A stretch of DNA of 64,000 nucleotides. Source: Lama glama (lineage: Eukaryota). The notes beneath the pieces are model-generated. The model made no database searches. It saw only the letters and a list, made by a program, of their open reading frames with translations, and was not told where the DNA came from. Within the stretch, counting starts at the first letter, position 1. Every line of letters begins with the position of its first letter. Below are positions 1 to 13,333 of this stretch, piece after piece. The translations under genes were made by a program, and so were the position numbers. The stretch covers positions 87,794,001 to 87,858,000 of the forward strand of contig CM052817.1 in NCBI GenBank assembly GCA_028534125.1, given 5' to 3'.

Positions 1-3000
1 GTGTGCACACACTTGCTGAATCCTGAAACAAAGGAGTCCTGTGAAACTGCACAGGACTCTGGCCAGTTTCCTTTGACCCCCTGGTGTGTGTCCCAGCCTA
101 AGCTGAATGCCTTCTTTGGCTCCACTTGCTCCGTGTCTCAGCTCCACACTAGGGCAAGGGCTGCTGCAGCCAATGGGTGTGCTCAATTGTTAGGAACAGA
201 GCCAACTCAGACCCATAACAATATCTGAATGGAGTGGTTTCAGCCATTACTGGCATTTACAGAGACAGCACATCTAGAGTGGTCCAGGACTCTGACTAGG
301 GCTAGGACTGCCACAGCCCACACCCCAACACATGCTGAGCACTGAGTCCAGCCCCTCCTTGCTCCAGGAGTGTTCTTCTCTGGGTATGAGTGTGCCAGTG
401 CTGAGAAGGGACAGAGCAAATGCTAGGAGGGAATGGAGTCAGCGTGGACCAAATCTTCAAAGCTTCTGATCAAGTAACTTGAGATGCACCCCCAGGAGGG
501 TGGTATTGGCCAATGAGCAGAGGAGAAGCCCTGGCTTGGCTCTCGTCCCTTCATCTTCAGCCCAACCTCATACCAAGCTGATAACTGCCAGCACACTTTG
601 GGGGAAGATGTGAGTCTTGCTCACCTCAAATCCAGCTCTCCCACCAAAGCCTTTAAGCAAACACAAACTATATAGGTATGCTCCTACACAAAGACATCCT
701 TCAAGACTGGAATACGTAACTGTTTCACCAAATTTCCTAGAGACAGAGAACTTTAAGAAAAGTGGGAAGAGAGAAGGAATTTGTTTCAATTGAAAGAACA
801 GGAGAAAATACCTGAAAAAACAACTAATGAAACAGAAATAAATAATTTACCAAATAAAGAGTTCAGAGCATTAGTAGCAAGAATGCTAACTGCATTAGGG
901 AAAGAAACAGATGAACACAGTGAGAATTTTAAAAAGGAACTATAAAATATAAAAAAGAACCAGTCAGAACTGAAGGTTATAGTAACTGAAATGAAAGACT
1001 AGAAAGAATGAATCAGCGTGAAACATCACATTAATAAGTTGAAGAATAAAAACTATATGATCATCTCAATAGATGCAGAAAAAGCTTTTGACAAAATTCA
1101 TTCCATCTATGATAAAAGCTCTCTAGAAACTGGACATAGAGAAAACATACCTAAACATAATAAAGACCACATATCACAAGCTCACAGCTAACACCATACT
1201 CAACAGTGAAAAGCTGAAAGCATTTCCTCTAAGATTAGGAACAAGACAAGGATGCTCACTCTCACCACTTTTATTCAATATAGTTTTAAAAGTCCTAGCT
1301 ACAGCAATCAGAGCAGAAAAAGAAATAAAAGGAATCCAAATTGAAAGGAAGAAGTAAAACTGTCACTGTTTGCAGATGACATAATATGGTATGTAGAAAA
1401 TCCTAAAGATGCCACAAAAAAAACTGCTAGAGCTCATCTATGAATTTGGCAAAGTTGCAGGATACAAAATTAGTATACAGAAATTGTTTGCTTTCCTATC
1501 CACTAATAATACTATCAGAAAGAGAAAGGAAGAAAACAATCCCATTTAAACTTGCAACACAAAAGAATAAAATACTTAGGAATTAACCAAAAAGGCAAAA
1601 GAACTACACTCTGAAAATTATAAACATTGATGAAAGAAACTAAAGATGATACAAAGAAATGGAAAGATATAACATATTCATAGATTGAAAGAATTAATAT
1701 TGTTAATATGACCATACTACCCAAAACACTCTACATATTTAATGTAACATCTGTCAAAATACCTGTAACATTTTCATAGAACTAGAACACATAATCCTAA
1801 AATATATATGGAACCACAAAAGACCCCAAATTGCTGAAGCAATCTTGTGGAAAAAGAACAAAGCTGGAGGTAACATACTCCCTGACTTCAGACTATGCTA
1901 CAAATCTATAATTAATCAAAACATCACAACACTGGCATAAAAACAAACACGCAGATCCATGGAAAAGAACTGAGAGCCCAGAAACAAACCTACATACTTA
2001 TGCTCATTAATCTATAACAAAGGAGACAAGAATAGGCAATAGAGAAAAGACAGTCTCTTCAATAAGCGGTGCTGAGAAGACTGGACAACTACATGTAAAA
2101 GAATAAAATTAGAACATTTTCTCACACCATATACAAAAATAAACTCAAAATGAATTAAAGATCTAAAAGTCAGACCTAAAACCATAAAACTCCTAGAACA
2201 TAGGCAGAATACTCTTTGACATATACTGCAGCAATATTTTTTTTGGATCTGTCTCCTAAGGCAAAAGAAAAAAAGCAAAAATAAACAAATAGAACCTAAT
2301 TGAAATTAAAAAATTTTGCTCAGCAAAGTTAACCATTGACAAAATGAAAAGAAAATCCATTGAATGGGAGAAAATATTTGCAAATGATATGACCAATAAG
2401 GGGTTAAGTGGCTGTCAAAATGGCCAACATCAAAAAAAATCTATAAATAACAAATTTTGGCAAGGATGTCGAAAAAAGGGAACACTAGTACACTGTTGGT
2501 TGTGTAAGTTCAGCCAGAATGGAGATTCCTCAAGAAAATCAAAATAGAATTACCATATGATCCAACAATTCCACTTGCACACTAATTAGCCAAGGCATGA
2601 AAGTGCCTACCAATGGATGAATGGATGAAGAAGGTAAGCCATAAAAAAGAAAGAAATTCTTCCATTTGCCACAACATCGATGGACCTAGAGGGCATTTTG
2701 CTAAATGAAATAAGCCAGACAAAGGAAGACAAATACTGTGTGTTATTACTTGTATGTGGAATCTTAAAAATAAAACAAATGAATGAATATAGTAAAACAG
2801 AAACAGATTCACGGATAGAGAAAACATACTGGTGGTTACCAGTGGGGAGAGGGAGGTTAGGGTTGAGGCAGAATGGGAGTAAGAGATGGAGAAGTACAAA
2901 CTACTATATATAAAATGGACAGGCTACATGGATGTCTTTTACAGCAGATGTAAATACAGCTATTATTTTGTAGTGATGTTAAATGATGTACAATCTATAA

Positions 3001-3062
3001 AAATGTTCATTTGCTATGTTGTTCACCTGAAACTAATAATATGCTATAAATCAATTCTAAAA
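1..3062 (+). mobile_element. LINE-1, decayed and internally deleted (5'UTR part, ORF1 N-terminus, ORF2 RT to C-terminus, 3'UTR)
   Basis: ORF1-like LFQLKEQEKIPEKTTNETEINNLPNKEFRALVARMLTALGK from 781; RT motifs [25 protein letters not shown] (~1024-1098), [17 protein letters not shown] (~1238-1288), LSLFADD (~1360-1380); L1 3'UTR to ~3060; many stops and frameshifts. Confidence 0.95.
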
Positions 3063-3729
3063 AGAGAGATCATAGCAAGTAATCCTGAGATTTGGATTTT
3101 TTAAAGTGTCTCTTTAATACAGACTATTATTAATTTAATAAGGAGCATTAAAAAACAGAATGAAAGAAAAACAATACTTGCCATTCAAGAAGAACTGAGT
3201 ATGTGGACTCCTGGACACCAAGTAACTTTGGGATATAAGTATACATTATGTTCTCAGTGCTTTTTGATCTGCCTAATCATAAATTTGGGCATGACTAAAA
3301 GTACTCCAACATTTTGTGGCAACAGTATACATGAAACAGTCCCAAACAGAGCCTGAAGGTACAAGTGAGTAATATAAATAGGTTTATTGCACTCTCAGGA
3401 TACCATATTCTGTTAGAGCACCTTCCCTTACTCAATCTCAGACTATAAATAATTTCCAATAACCAGATGATCAAGAATTAAAAATTGCAAATATAATACA
3501 TAATACATGTATGTTTCTATTCTGTAAGTCAGTGCTACTTAGGAAGAGGCAACTCTGACTTTCTCTCTCAGGAGGGCTGTGGCCATGAATGGAGAAGGGA
3601 GATTCATATAAGAGGCAGAATTCTGAGACCTCTGGATCTAGACAGAGTAATGCCTAGAGTAAGAATCTACGTTGATTCCTGTGCAATGGTTTGGTTGGAT
3701 AACTTGAAGAGAAAATGATTAACTAATTA

Positions 3730-4305
3730 GTCACTGAACACAATATGGAAGGATCTCAAAAACAAAATTGAGCTAAAGAAGTCAAGTACCAAAAGGAAAC
3801 TACTATTTGATTTTATTTACATAAAGTTCAAAACCATGCAAAAGCAATCCACGATAATAGGAATCAGGAGAGCTGTTACTCTTGTGTGTATAGAAGCTAG
3901 AAAAAAAAAACATAATTAGGAGTTTGGGATTAACAGATACACATTACTATATATAAAACAGATAAACAACAAGGACCTAATGTATAGCACAGAGAACCAT
4001 ATTCAATTTCTTATAATAAGCTGTTATGAAAATGAATCTGACAAAATATATATTTATGGATATTTATAACTGAATTTCTCTGCTGTATTGCGAACACTGT
4101 AAATTGACTACAGTTCAACAAAAAACAAGAAATTTTTAAAAAGCATATAGGAGACCTTCTGAAGTATGTGTAATATTTTATTTCTTGAACCCAGTGCTGT
4201 TTACACAGATGTGTCTGATTTGTGAAAATGCTATGAGCTGCTCCCAGATGGTTTGAGTGTTATAATGAATGTATGTAATTATTAAATTAAAGTCAAATAA
4301 TTTAA
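3730..4305 (+). mobile_element. Old L1 (L1ME-like) 3' end containing a younger L1 3'UTR insertion
   Basis: tactatttgattttatttacataaagttcaaaaccatgcaaaa and ttttatttcttgaacccagtgctgtttacacagatgtg resemble L1ME 3' ends. Confidence 0.6.
3911..4143 (+). mobile_element. Cetartiodactyl-type L1 3'UTR fragment
   Basis: aggagtttgggattaacagatacacattactatatataaaacagataaacaacaaggaccta...; same family as the reverse-strand copy at 52500-53307; A-rich tail. Confidence 0.85.
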
Positions 4306-5869
4306 ATAAATAATTGGTCCCAAGAAATTTTTTACAAAAAGCCTGTACTTGGAATTCCAGGAATGGCCCAGAACATTTATAGTAGATTTACCCCTACTAT
4401 AGAAAAATACCTTAATACTCAAGTATACAAGATAACAGACTTTTAAAACATCAGCTATCTTCTTTCCCAGGTATCCCAGAATTTGCATAATGAGCTCACA
4501 ATTAAAATATGCATGGTGGTAGGGAGGAACTTTAAAAAATAGTTTTCCTCTTTTTAGGTGACATAGCCACAGACACACGAATGTACAAATATTAGTAAAA
4601 ATAATTAAATCCTATTCCTCAATATAGCTCCATACCTTACGTGAATAGCCAGCTGCATAGTGGCTTCACCCACAGGGCTGTGGTAAAGATTTTTCTTTAA
4701 CAGACAGAAATTTATTTGAAATGTGGATTTGCTTTTAAGACTAATTATGCTTGGTCAGGGACCATCAACCTTGGATAACTAAATGACTCATAAATTAACA
4801 TATAATTCTTCAATTAAGACATTTTCTTGAAGTAAAAGAAACAATGCATCGATAAGTATCAGTTTCGCTGTCCCAATGACAGACACAACCGGCTTTATTA
4901 AAAATTTAATGTAGATTCATCTCTAGCTCCAGAAGAAAGACAACACCCCATGAAGTTGTCTTTTCTGTACAACGATGCTACTTATAATCTAAACCCATGA
5001 CAAATATTTGTTGCTCTCCTTTCTTTAGCCATGATGCTATATCTATGAACTGATGAATCCAGAAAATAAAGGATAGAAGAACAGAAGGTTTTGGTACTTC
5101 CACTCTTAAATCTAATATTACACATCAAAATCTTGTTTTCTGTGCTGTAAAATGATAGCCTGTGGTGTACCCGTTCCCATTTTTTTTTAATCCAACAAAA
5201 CAATATTTCTACAAGCCTATCTTCTTGATGCTCCTGGCGATGGAACAGGGTTACATGTTTTGCTAGAACGACTAACCTCATAATCAAGAAGAGGAGGGAG
5301 ATATTGCTACAGAAATATGAGTGGAATCCAGGGAACAGTCTGAGATGTTTCCATGTACATACCTACTAATAATTAAAATAGACTAATAATTTAAAAAGAC
5401 AATAAGGTAGGATAATAGGGTCCTTGGAGGCTCAAATATCAAGGAATGGATAACTTAGTTAAACCCACAATATAAAAAATAAATATAACCTGAGAATACT
5501 CTGGCCAAAGATAAAAATGTATGAAATAGAAATTAGGAATAAATCAGGGACAAATTCATTTCTCATGATCATTTGCACACTGCTTACTCTACTACATTTA
5601 TTTCCTTTCTTTCTCTTGCTTTTGTCCAGTATTGAATATAATACGTTGGTTTATTCCATAAATCACAGAATATTGAGAGGCTACAGCAGGAGAATAGAAA
5701 TGACCCAGAGAACACAGGTATCATTTTTGGAAGCAGTAGGCCAAAATCACTTTTGGTTTTCTCTAACTATAAATGGAGTAAGATCATTTTCAGTTGAATG
5801 TTTCTAACACAGGAATATTTTAGGGATTGTATATTTAGAAAAAAGGACTCAGTTAGTACTTGCCTACTT

Positions 5870-6316
5870 AGTACATGTCTTACTTGGACAGGTAAGGCAT
5901 GTATGATGATTTCTATTGTTTTTGCTTGCCTATTACCCCTTCTTTCCCTAGGAACAGATCCCAATCTCTATGGCAACAGAAAGAGACAGTAGTGATGTAC
6001 ACTGACTCAAATCAAAATATCTCAAGCCCCCAACACTCAGATAATACTCACCCTTGTGAATATTAATATATAATGAAAAGGCTGAGGCCGTAATTTATTA
6101 AATTACATTATTTTAAGGCTGCATCTTGCTGAGAATGCCCTGAACTCCTGCTGTCAGTCTGTGTTGCCTTGGTATGTCTTTCCTCAGACTGGAAAGTTTG
6201 GCTTTAGCTACTTCTCTTCTATATAAATCCTCTGCTTATTTAACTTAGCTGAATTTGAGTCTTTTTTTTTTTTTGGTTGTTGTTAATACTGCAACCAAAG
6301 AACATAAATGCTACCA
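5870..6316 (+). mobile_element. Old ERVL LTR (LTR16/LTR33-like), probably the 3' LTR of the ERVL fossil
   Basis: 3' end tataaatcctctgcttatttaacttagctgaatttgagtc...actgcaaccaaagaac resembles LTR16/33 termini; 5' boundary uncertain. Confidence 0.5.
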
Positions 6317-7329
6317 AATAAAGCAACATCCCCAGAAGTTTGAGTTTAACATTTTTCGACAGAACAATTACCAATAATTAGTTTTTTAAACATTTATGAA
6401 GGCAAAAAAAAATTCTCAGAGACATAAATCTCACTGAAAGTTATTTTCTGTTTCACTGGAAGGTAAATCAAAATTTGATGTCACTAATGGCAATCATTAC
6501 ATTGAAGTTTTGGTCCTCAAAATGGGAAACAATTTTAAATATTGAAATAAGTACACCTGATTTCATATATGAACTACAGTTCTAGTACAATAACTACAGT
6601 TATTGAGTAAATAAAAGCTATTCTACTTTTTCATTTACTTGGTCAGAAAATAAAGTGATTAACTAAATACACTAAATGTCAAGATTAAAGGATTATTAAT
6701 ATTGCTCTGATAGAGGACTGATGGGGTACTTTAAGCATAAGAGTTCTCAGTTAGGAGTAAAGAAAGTCTTTCTAAAGGCCTAGCATAGTGGTAGGCACAC
6801 AATGGGTGCTCAGTAAATATTTTCTGATTGTGTGAATGAGTTAATACAAATTTAAACTTGTAGGAGTTTTTTCAGTAAGATATGATCAAACATACCTAAA
6901 ATAAAAGATAGATTTGATAATCTAAGGAAAATAGATTAAAAGGAAATTATAAATTTAGAAGACAAATAATATTATTGAGAAAATAGTCATAGGTAATTTA
7001 AGAGAAATTATCTTTAAAAATACACGATTCTATAATCCTTTCCCCTCTCAGACATTCACTGACAAACAGGAAATGGGTTTCATGTTATAAGAAAACAGTT
7101 GACAGAAATATTGGAAAATTTTCTATCTCTGTTCTCTGATGTTCTATCGGTGTCAGAATATGGAAATGCAAATTAAGCCAACAATAAGATGTGATTTTAA
7201 ACGCTTTTAAAAATAAAATTCCCAAATGATAATGAAAAGACAACACTGTTTTGGAAAGGATTTTTAATTTTTAAGAATTATCCTTTTTATTCCCTTTCCC
7301 TAGGCTTCCTCTAAGCACAATTCATTCTG

Positions 7330-7945
7330 CCTTCTAGAGTCTCTCCAATTTCTACTCTTTTCCACTGCCCACAGCTGCCACTTTAGCTTAGTTTAACAAC
7401 ATAGCTACCCAAATTTCCACAATTACCTTCTATTTTGTCCTTCAGCCTCTGGTCTTATTCCCCTTGATACCTTCTCCTCATTCAGCCACAAAGCAGTTTT
7501 GATCATGTCACACCTCTGTTTAAAACCACTGTAATAGCATCACCTTACCCTTACTTAAAGTCAAGCTGATTAATATGTTTTCAAGACACTTCATTTACTT
7601 TTATGTTGCTGTTCAATTACTTATCCAACTTCATTTCCCCTTCTCCCCGTCCTTCAGCCCTATCTCCCATTCTACAACTCCCAAATCTAAGTCCAGGCTG
7701 CACAACCTTCCATCTCTCCGGATTCTAACTTACCTCTTGACCTTGGCCCAGATACTCTTTGCAAAACTTGCCTCCTTTAGTCTAACTGACCTCTAAATAT
7801 CCTAGACATGGACTCAGTTTTTATATCAATCACTTACTCCGTCAGTACAACTAGTTCTCTTAGAAACGTGTAATTACCCTGTCACAATATTGCTCTTTTT
7901 GGTATCTGCATGAAAATTATATTTGATGAATCAAAGAATCAAACA
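7330..7945 (+). mobile_element. LINE-2 3' fragment
   Basis: Pyrimidine-rich L2-like text, e.g. gatcatgtcacacctctgtttaaaacc; a second L2 3' tail (gcctagcatagtggtaggcacacaatgggtgctcagtaaatatt) lies at ~6778-6840. Confidence 0.65.
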
Positions 7946-8445
7946 AAATTCATTTAATGTGGAATATTTTGCACAGTATTATCAATCCCAGTAATCTTAC
8001 CCAAAAGTTTCTGAGAGTAGAAAATAAGAACACAGTATGTATAGTTTATAATAGGGCGATATTACAACACGTCAAAAGGTTTAGACATAGGATATTAGGT
8101 AAATGCCTTAGGGTGGCAGTAGTCACTTGCTATTTGTGTTTACTTTCAAAATTAATTCTCCTAAAAACATCTCTCCTTTTTTATCATTATGGTTTATAAG
8201 GAATAGGCCTAACTCCCTCTCAAGGAGTAGACCATGATTGGCTTAAACTAATCAGCATATTCTATTCTTCTTGAACAATTAATTGGTCCACAAATCAACC
8301 AAGAAGTCATCTAGAGACAAAGTAAGTCTGAAAAATAATTGTTAGAGCCTCAGGAGAACGAAAAATCTTTTTTCTTTTCCACTAGAAAATACTGAATGTT
8401 ATTATAGTTTAAGGATATGAGGTCTGATACAGAGGCATCAATTTT

Positions 8446-9988
8446 TAATTAAACTTTAAATAAGATAATTGTAGACTCCCACAAGTTACAAGAAATGATA
8501 GAGATCCCTTGTGTCTTAGTGATAACAAAGTATCATATACTAGGTGCTTATAAACAACAGAAATATATTTCTCACAGTTCTGGAAGCTGAAGTCCAAGCT
8601 TAGGGTACCAGCACAGTTGAGTTCTGGTGAGAATTCTGCCAGGTTGCAGACTGATGACTTCTGGTTTTATACTCACATGGAAGAGAGCATAGAAAGGAAG
8701 CAAACTCTCTTGTGACTCCTATAAAGGCACTAATCCCACTCATGAAGGGTCCACCCTCATGACCTCATCTAATCCTAATTACCTCCCAAAACCCTCACCT
8801 ACTAACACCATCAAATTGGGGGTTAGAGTTTCAACATATGAATTAAAGGGAGAGGGCACGGACATTCAGTTCATAACATTATGCACCTTTTATGTAATTT
8901 CCCCCAATGGCATTATCTTACAAAAAGACCAAATCATATCACAACCAAGAAATTGACATCGACAGAATTAAATTTATTGACTGGTTACATTAAAGGCTTC
9001 TTGATGCTGTCCTTTTATAATCACACCAACTTCCCTCCTATCATAGTTCTCTGATACCATCCCTGACCCCTGGCAACCATTAACTATATTCTCCATTTCT
9101 ATAGTTTTGTCAACCTAAGAATGTTATGTGAATTGAATCATAAGCTTGGTAACCTTTTGAGATTAGCTTTTCCACTTGTCTTAATTCTCTGAAGGTTCAT
9201 CCAAATTGTTGAGTGTATCAGTAGTCCATTCATTTTTTATTGCTGAAGCTACTATAAACATTCATATAAAGGTTTCTGGGTGAAAATAAATTTTCATTTC
9301 TCTGACATTAATGCCCCAAAGTACAAATGCTAGTTTGTACAGTAGTTACACTTTTTTTATAAGAACTGCCAAACTGGTTTTTGGAGTGGCTGAATCATTT
9401 TACATTTCCACCAGCAATGCATGAATAATCAAGTTTCTCTCAATCATTACTAGCATTAGTATTGTTATTATTTTAGCCTTTCTGAAAGGTATATAGTGCT
9501 ATCTCATGATTTTAGTTTAAATTTCCCTGTTAGCAAATGATCTCAAACATTTTTTCATGTGGTTATTTGCCATCTGTATTCTTTCCAGTGAAACATCTTT
9601 TGCCCATTTTCCATTTGGTTTCTTCCTCACTTTCTTCTTCCCTTTTCTTATTTTTTTTTTCCTTTCTTTCATTCTTTTTTTTAACCTTTGAATTGAGACT
9701 AGTCCTTTGTCTGTTAACTGGTTTGCAAATATTTTTCCCAATGTGTAGCTTGTCTTTTTATACTTTTAACAGGGTCTTCCACAGAGCAGATGGTTTTAAT
9801 TTTGATGAGGCACAAGTTATCACAATTATTCCTTTTAAGAATCATGCTTTTGATATCAAGTTATCAAGTCTAAGAAATCTTTTCCTACCCCTAGATTCCT
9901 AAGTTTGTCTCATTTTTCCTCTAAATGTTTTCTAGTTTTAAATTTAAGTACAAAATGTAGTTGGAGTTAATTTTTATATTAGGTACTC
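8446..9988 (-). mobile_element. L1MC-like LINE-1 3' portion
   Basis: agataattgtagactccca...tttcccccaatggc...atatcacaaccaagaaattgacatcgacag 3'UTR, then antisense ORF2 end; candidate TSD aggcatcaatttt (8433-8445) / aagcatccatttt (9989-10001). Confidence 0.85.
8512..8878 (-). mobile_element. MLT1A-type MaLR solo LTR
   Basis: tgtcttagt...aaacaacagaaatatatttctcacagttctggaagctgaagtccaag...ccctcatgacctcatctaatcctaattacctcccaaa...gacattcagttcataaca; TG...CA ends. Confidence 0.9.
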
Positions 9989-11939
9989 AAGCATCCATTT
10001 TAGTCACAAATCATCTGTGGAAAGTTGGTGAAACAATGGGAGAACCTGTGAATGTGGCTGAGACTTCAAAGGATAGTGAAAATATTGCTTGTACCTACGT
10101 ATGAAGGTCATAAGCTAATGATTTTCTTTAAACAAGTTTGAGTTTTGTTTAAAATTAACCATAAAAGAATTCTAACATACCAGTATTTATATGCAGACTT
10201 TTACAATGACATTTGGAAGAAATATAAATTAATAAATAAATCATTACTGATGTAAAGAGAAATGTTTGTTAGAGGAAACAAGATATGTAACTATACATGT
10301 AGGATGATCACAACCCTGTGTCAAAAAACAAATACACAAAACTCCCACATAGACTAATTAGAAGGAAATAAGTGAAACATTTGCATGTCATTGGAGTTTA
10401 GGTGATGTTCCTTAATATGAATATTCTTTTTAAAAATATATGCATTTCCTAAATGTCATATTAGCAGCCCAGTCTTCAAAATACTAAAAAATATACATGA
10501 GATAACAGACATATTTCACTCCAGTTAGTATTTAAGTAGTCTTTAACAGGTAAATGTATTTGTCCAAATAATTTATTTTAAATAAAAATCAAAGTAAAAT
10601 ATCTAATTTTGGTATGCATGTCAAACATACATGTGCAAAACTATACACATGCATTTCTTTAGAACAAGAACATAATTTAATATGAACAAAGAACATGTTA
10701 AAAATATAAGGAAAACATGAAGGAAGACTATTCTTTATTTATTTGTATGAATTGTTAAAAAAACAGTCATCAGAATCTTTAATTACTGTTCACTAATTTA
10801 CCGTGAGTCATGTATTGTTTCTCTTAATAATGTGCTTCAAAACATTTGATATTTTGTCTTAAGTTCAGAAATATTGAATCTTAAAGAAAATTCCAATTTT
10901 TGTTTTATTTGATCCAAACCAAGTATGTATTTTAAAATTATATTGAACTTCACTTCTCTTAGGTCTATCTAAAAATGATTTTAAAAATCCCTTTTTCAGT
11001 TTTCTATTATTTGTTTATTTTATTTTAATGTTCTCTAAACATTTAATCTTTTCTCATTTGTACAGTTCATGTTGCCATCTCTGCTTTTTCTGCTTTTTTT
11101 CTTCTTGTGATTTTTAATTATTTAATTAAAGACATTTTCTTTCACAATTTTAATATTTTTTCTAGTGTGTAAGCAATTTTATCAGCTCATACCCTAAAAA
11201 TGCGAATTGTTTATCATGCTTTTGTTGGGATACTACAGATATTTTCAACCACATAACATTTACACAGAAACATCTTAGTAACAAAACTTCATATCGTTTT
11301 CTATGATATATGTTAACGTAATATAATTTAAAATAAAAAGACATATTTCATGAACATCAGATTTTTTCCCCAAAATAGACTGAAAAATCCAGAATATAAT
11401 CACAGTACATTTTGTTATTAGTATTTATAGCAATAGGTGACATTATAAAATAATGTAAAACTTGATGTACTTATTATTTTCAATGTTATACACAATATCA
11501 GTAGTTTTATCCTAACATTACTCAGAATGACCATCCACAAAAAGCATCCACAAAAAGGGAAGCAGTAGATTATACACATTTAATCTAACATGCATAATTT
11601 TCTCCCCATTTTTATTTAGCACAATAGATTTGATTTAAAACAGAATGAAATATTTTGTTTTTTAAATACATCAAGCTCATATTCTAAGGGCTCTGAGTTT
11701 TGTTTTTTTTTAAAGATGATGACGTTTCTTCTGAAATGTTCAGTAAAGAACGTTATTAGCTAAATTTTTCCCAGAGAGATACCTATATTATGTTTATTGA
11801 GAAGAATTTCAAATGTTAAAAAAATCTTAAAAATAAAGGGAAAATGCATGATAAGATTCTATTCAGATTCAAAATGTTAGATGTCCCACAGTAATTCTCT
11901 GGTATAGGATCCATTTAGTGACATGATGTAGTGGTGAGG

Positions 11940-12075
11940 AAAGGGGCATTTAAGATTATAACCCCCACTTCACAAATAAAGCAATGAAATTTTAGAGGAC
12001 TGTCATTCTCCATTAGGTTAGCTAGGTAGAGAAGTAATATTCAAACCTTCATCTGTCTGGTTCTAAAGCCTGAGG
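11940..12075 (-). mobile_element. MIR fragment
   Basis: acccccacttcacaaataaagcaatgaaatt...attcaaaccttcatctgtctggttctaaagcc; further weak + strand MIR pieces at ~12855-12990 and ~13175-13300. Confidence 0.55.
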
Positions 12076-13333
12076 TTTGAAAAAATATATTGTACTTTCC
12101 ACCAATGCTTGCACACATAATATTCTATCATAATATTTGATTAAAAAATGTTCTGCATCATACTTTACAACTGTATTACAATATTATTAAGCGATCCTCA
12201 AGGGTTGGCTAATAACGTCAAGCAACATCTAATTATCTTGGAATCTAACAGATTTAAAGTAAATAAGTAATTAATCAAAACTTTCTAGGGAAAAAATTAA
12301 ACAACTAAAGTAAATTTTCTAAGACTGCACTGTCTAAACAGTGTGTCCAGGCAACGCTGGGTCACAGGCAGAGGACCAGCAAGCAAGTGGAATCCTGGAG
12401 GCATCCTGCTACCTGGGATTTACCTCTGTTGCTATATGAGAGGAAAGTCTAGAGATTTTGGATTGGAGACAACTGTTTGGTAGAAGGAGCAGTCAGAGGA
12501 TTTGGGAAACTGGTTATTTACCAAGGGAAATAGCAGAATTTTAATATTTTAATAAATGGAGTGCCTTTGTACAAAGCATGCTGAATCTATATCAGCCTGG
12601 TTCTGGGTGTGCTGAGCCACTGGCCCACTTGGCGTTTGGGCTCAAGTTACCTCACAATACTGCAGTTTTCTGTGAGTCGCCTAGTGTTATAATCTGTGAA
12701 ACATGTTTCCAAGTCAAAGTAGAGAGATGTCACCCACTTGCCTGTTCACACTTATTTTAAACAACCATTATTTTTAAATAAATTAAGTAGTATGCTTTAT
12801 TATATTAATTTGTTTATTGTGGTATATTTTTTGTTGTTGTTCATTAATATAGTAAACTGGAATAGAGCCAAGAAATTCAGATTCTAAATTTGGTTTCCAT
12901 AATATACTGTGTGAATGTGAAATATAATCTGAATTTCTTTTATAGACACAAGTTGCCTCATCAGTAAAGTGAGATTGGAAGAGATTCATTCACCCAGTTA
13001 ACAATTATGTATGGAGTCAATCTTTAAAATACCCCGTCTGTGAAATCAGAAACGTAACACACTCGGAAAACATGGCTAAAGATAAAAGGAGCATTTGAAG
13101 AAAATTTTAAAAATCTTATGTTAAACAGTTTCTGCAGGTGAGCTGGATTATATTTGAGGAATGAAACTAAGCAATCCGGGTTCTGGAATCAAGCGTTATC
13201 ACAGGTTTGAATTCAAGTTCTAACATGTACTCCCCTGAGCAAAAGTTTTCATCTAATAGTCAATTTACTTAGAAATAAATTGAATTAAAATAGCACACAC
13301 CTGTTGTTGTCTGGGCCAATGGAATGGCCTCAC

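Larger units (their letters stand above)
3065..5500 (+). mobile_element. ERVL-class internal region fossil (pol RNase H/integrase, then dUTPase-like region), interrupted by L1 pieces at ~3730-4305
   Basis: Collinear similarity to recalled ERVL pol: caccaagtaact...cataaatttgggcatg...cctgaaggtacaagtgagt (3216-3370), gcatggtggtaggga (4511-4525), tagccagctgcatagtggc (4646-4664), tggatttgc (4724-4732); no open frame left. Confidence 0.7.
8190..10160 (+). mobile_element. Old ERVL/MaLR LTR split in two (~8190-8445 and ~9989-10160) by an L1
   Basis: 5' part ccatgattggcttaaactaatcagcatattc; 3' part tttaaacaagtttgagttttg...aaaagaattctaacatac. Confidence 0.5.

Noticed and set aside
4411..4529. Minus-strand exon-like segment VPPYHHAYFNCELIMQILGYLGKKIADVLKVCYLVYLSIK (in ORF 4282-4578) as exon 2 of the CpG-island transcript
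   Set aside because: Lies antisense within ERVL integrase-like remnant sequence; weak splice sites; no recognisable protein
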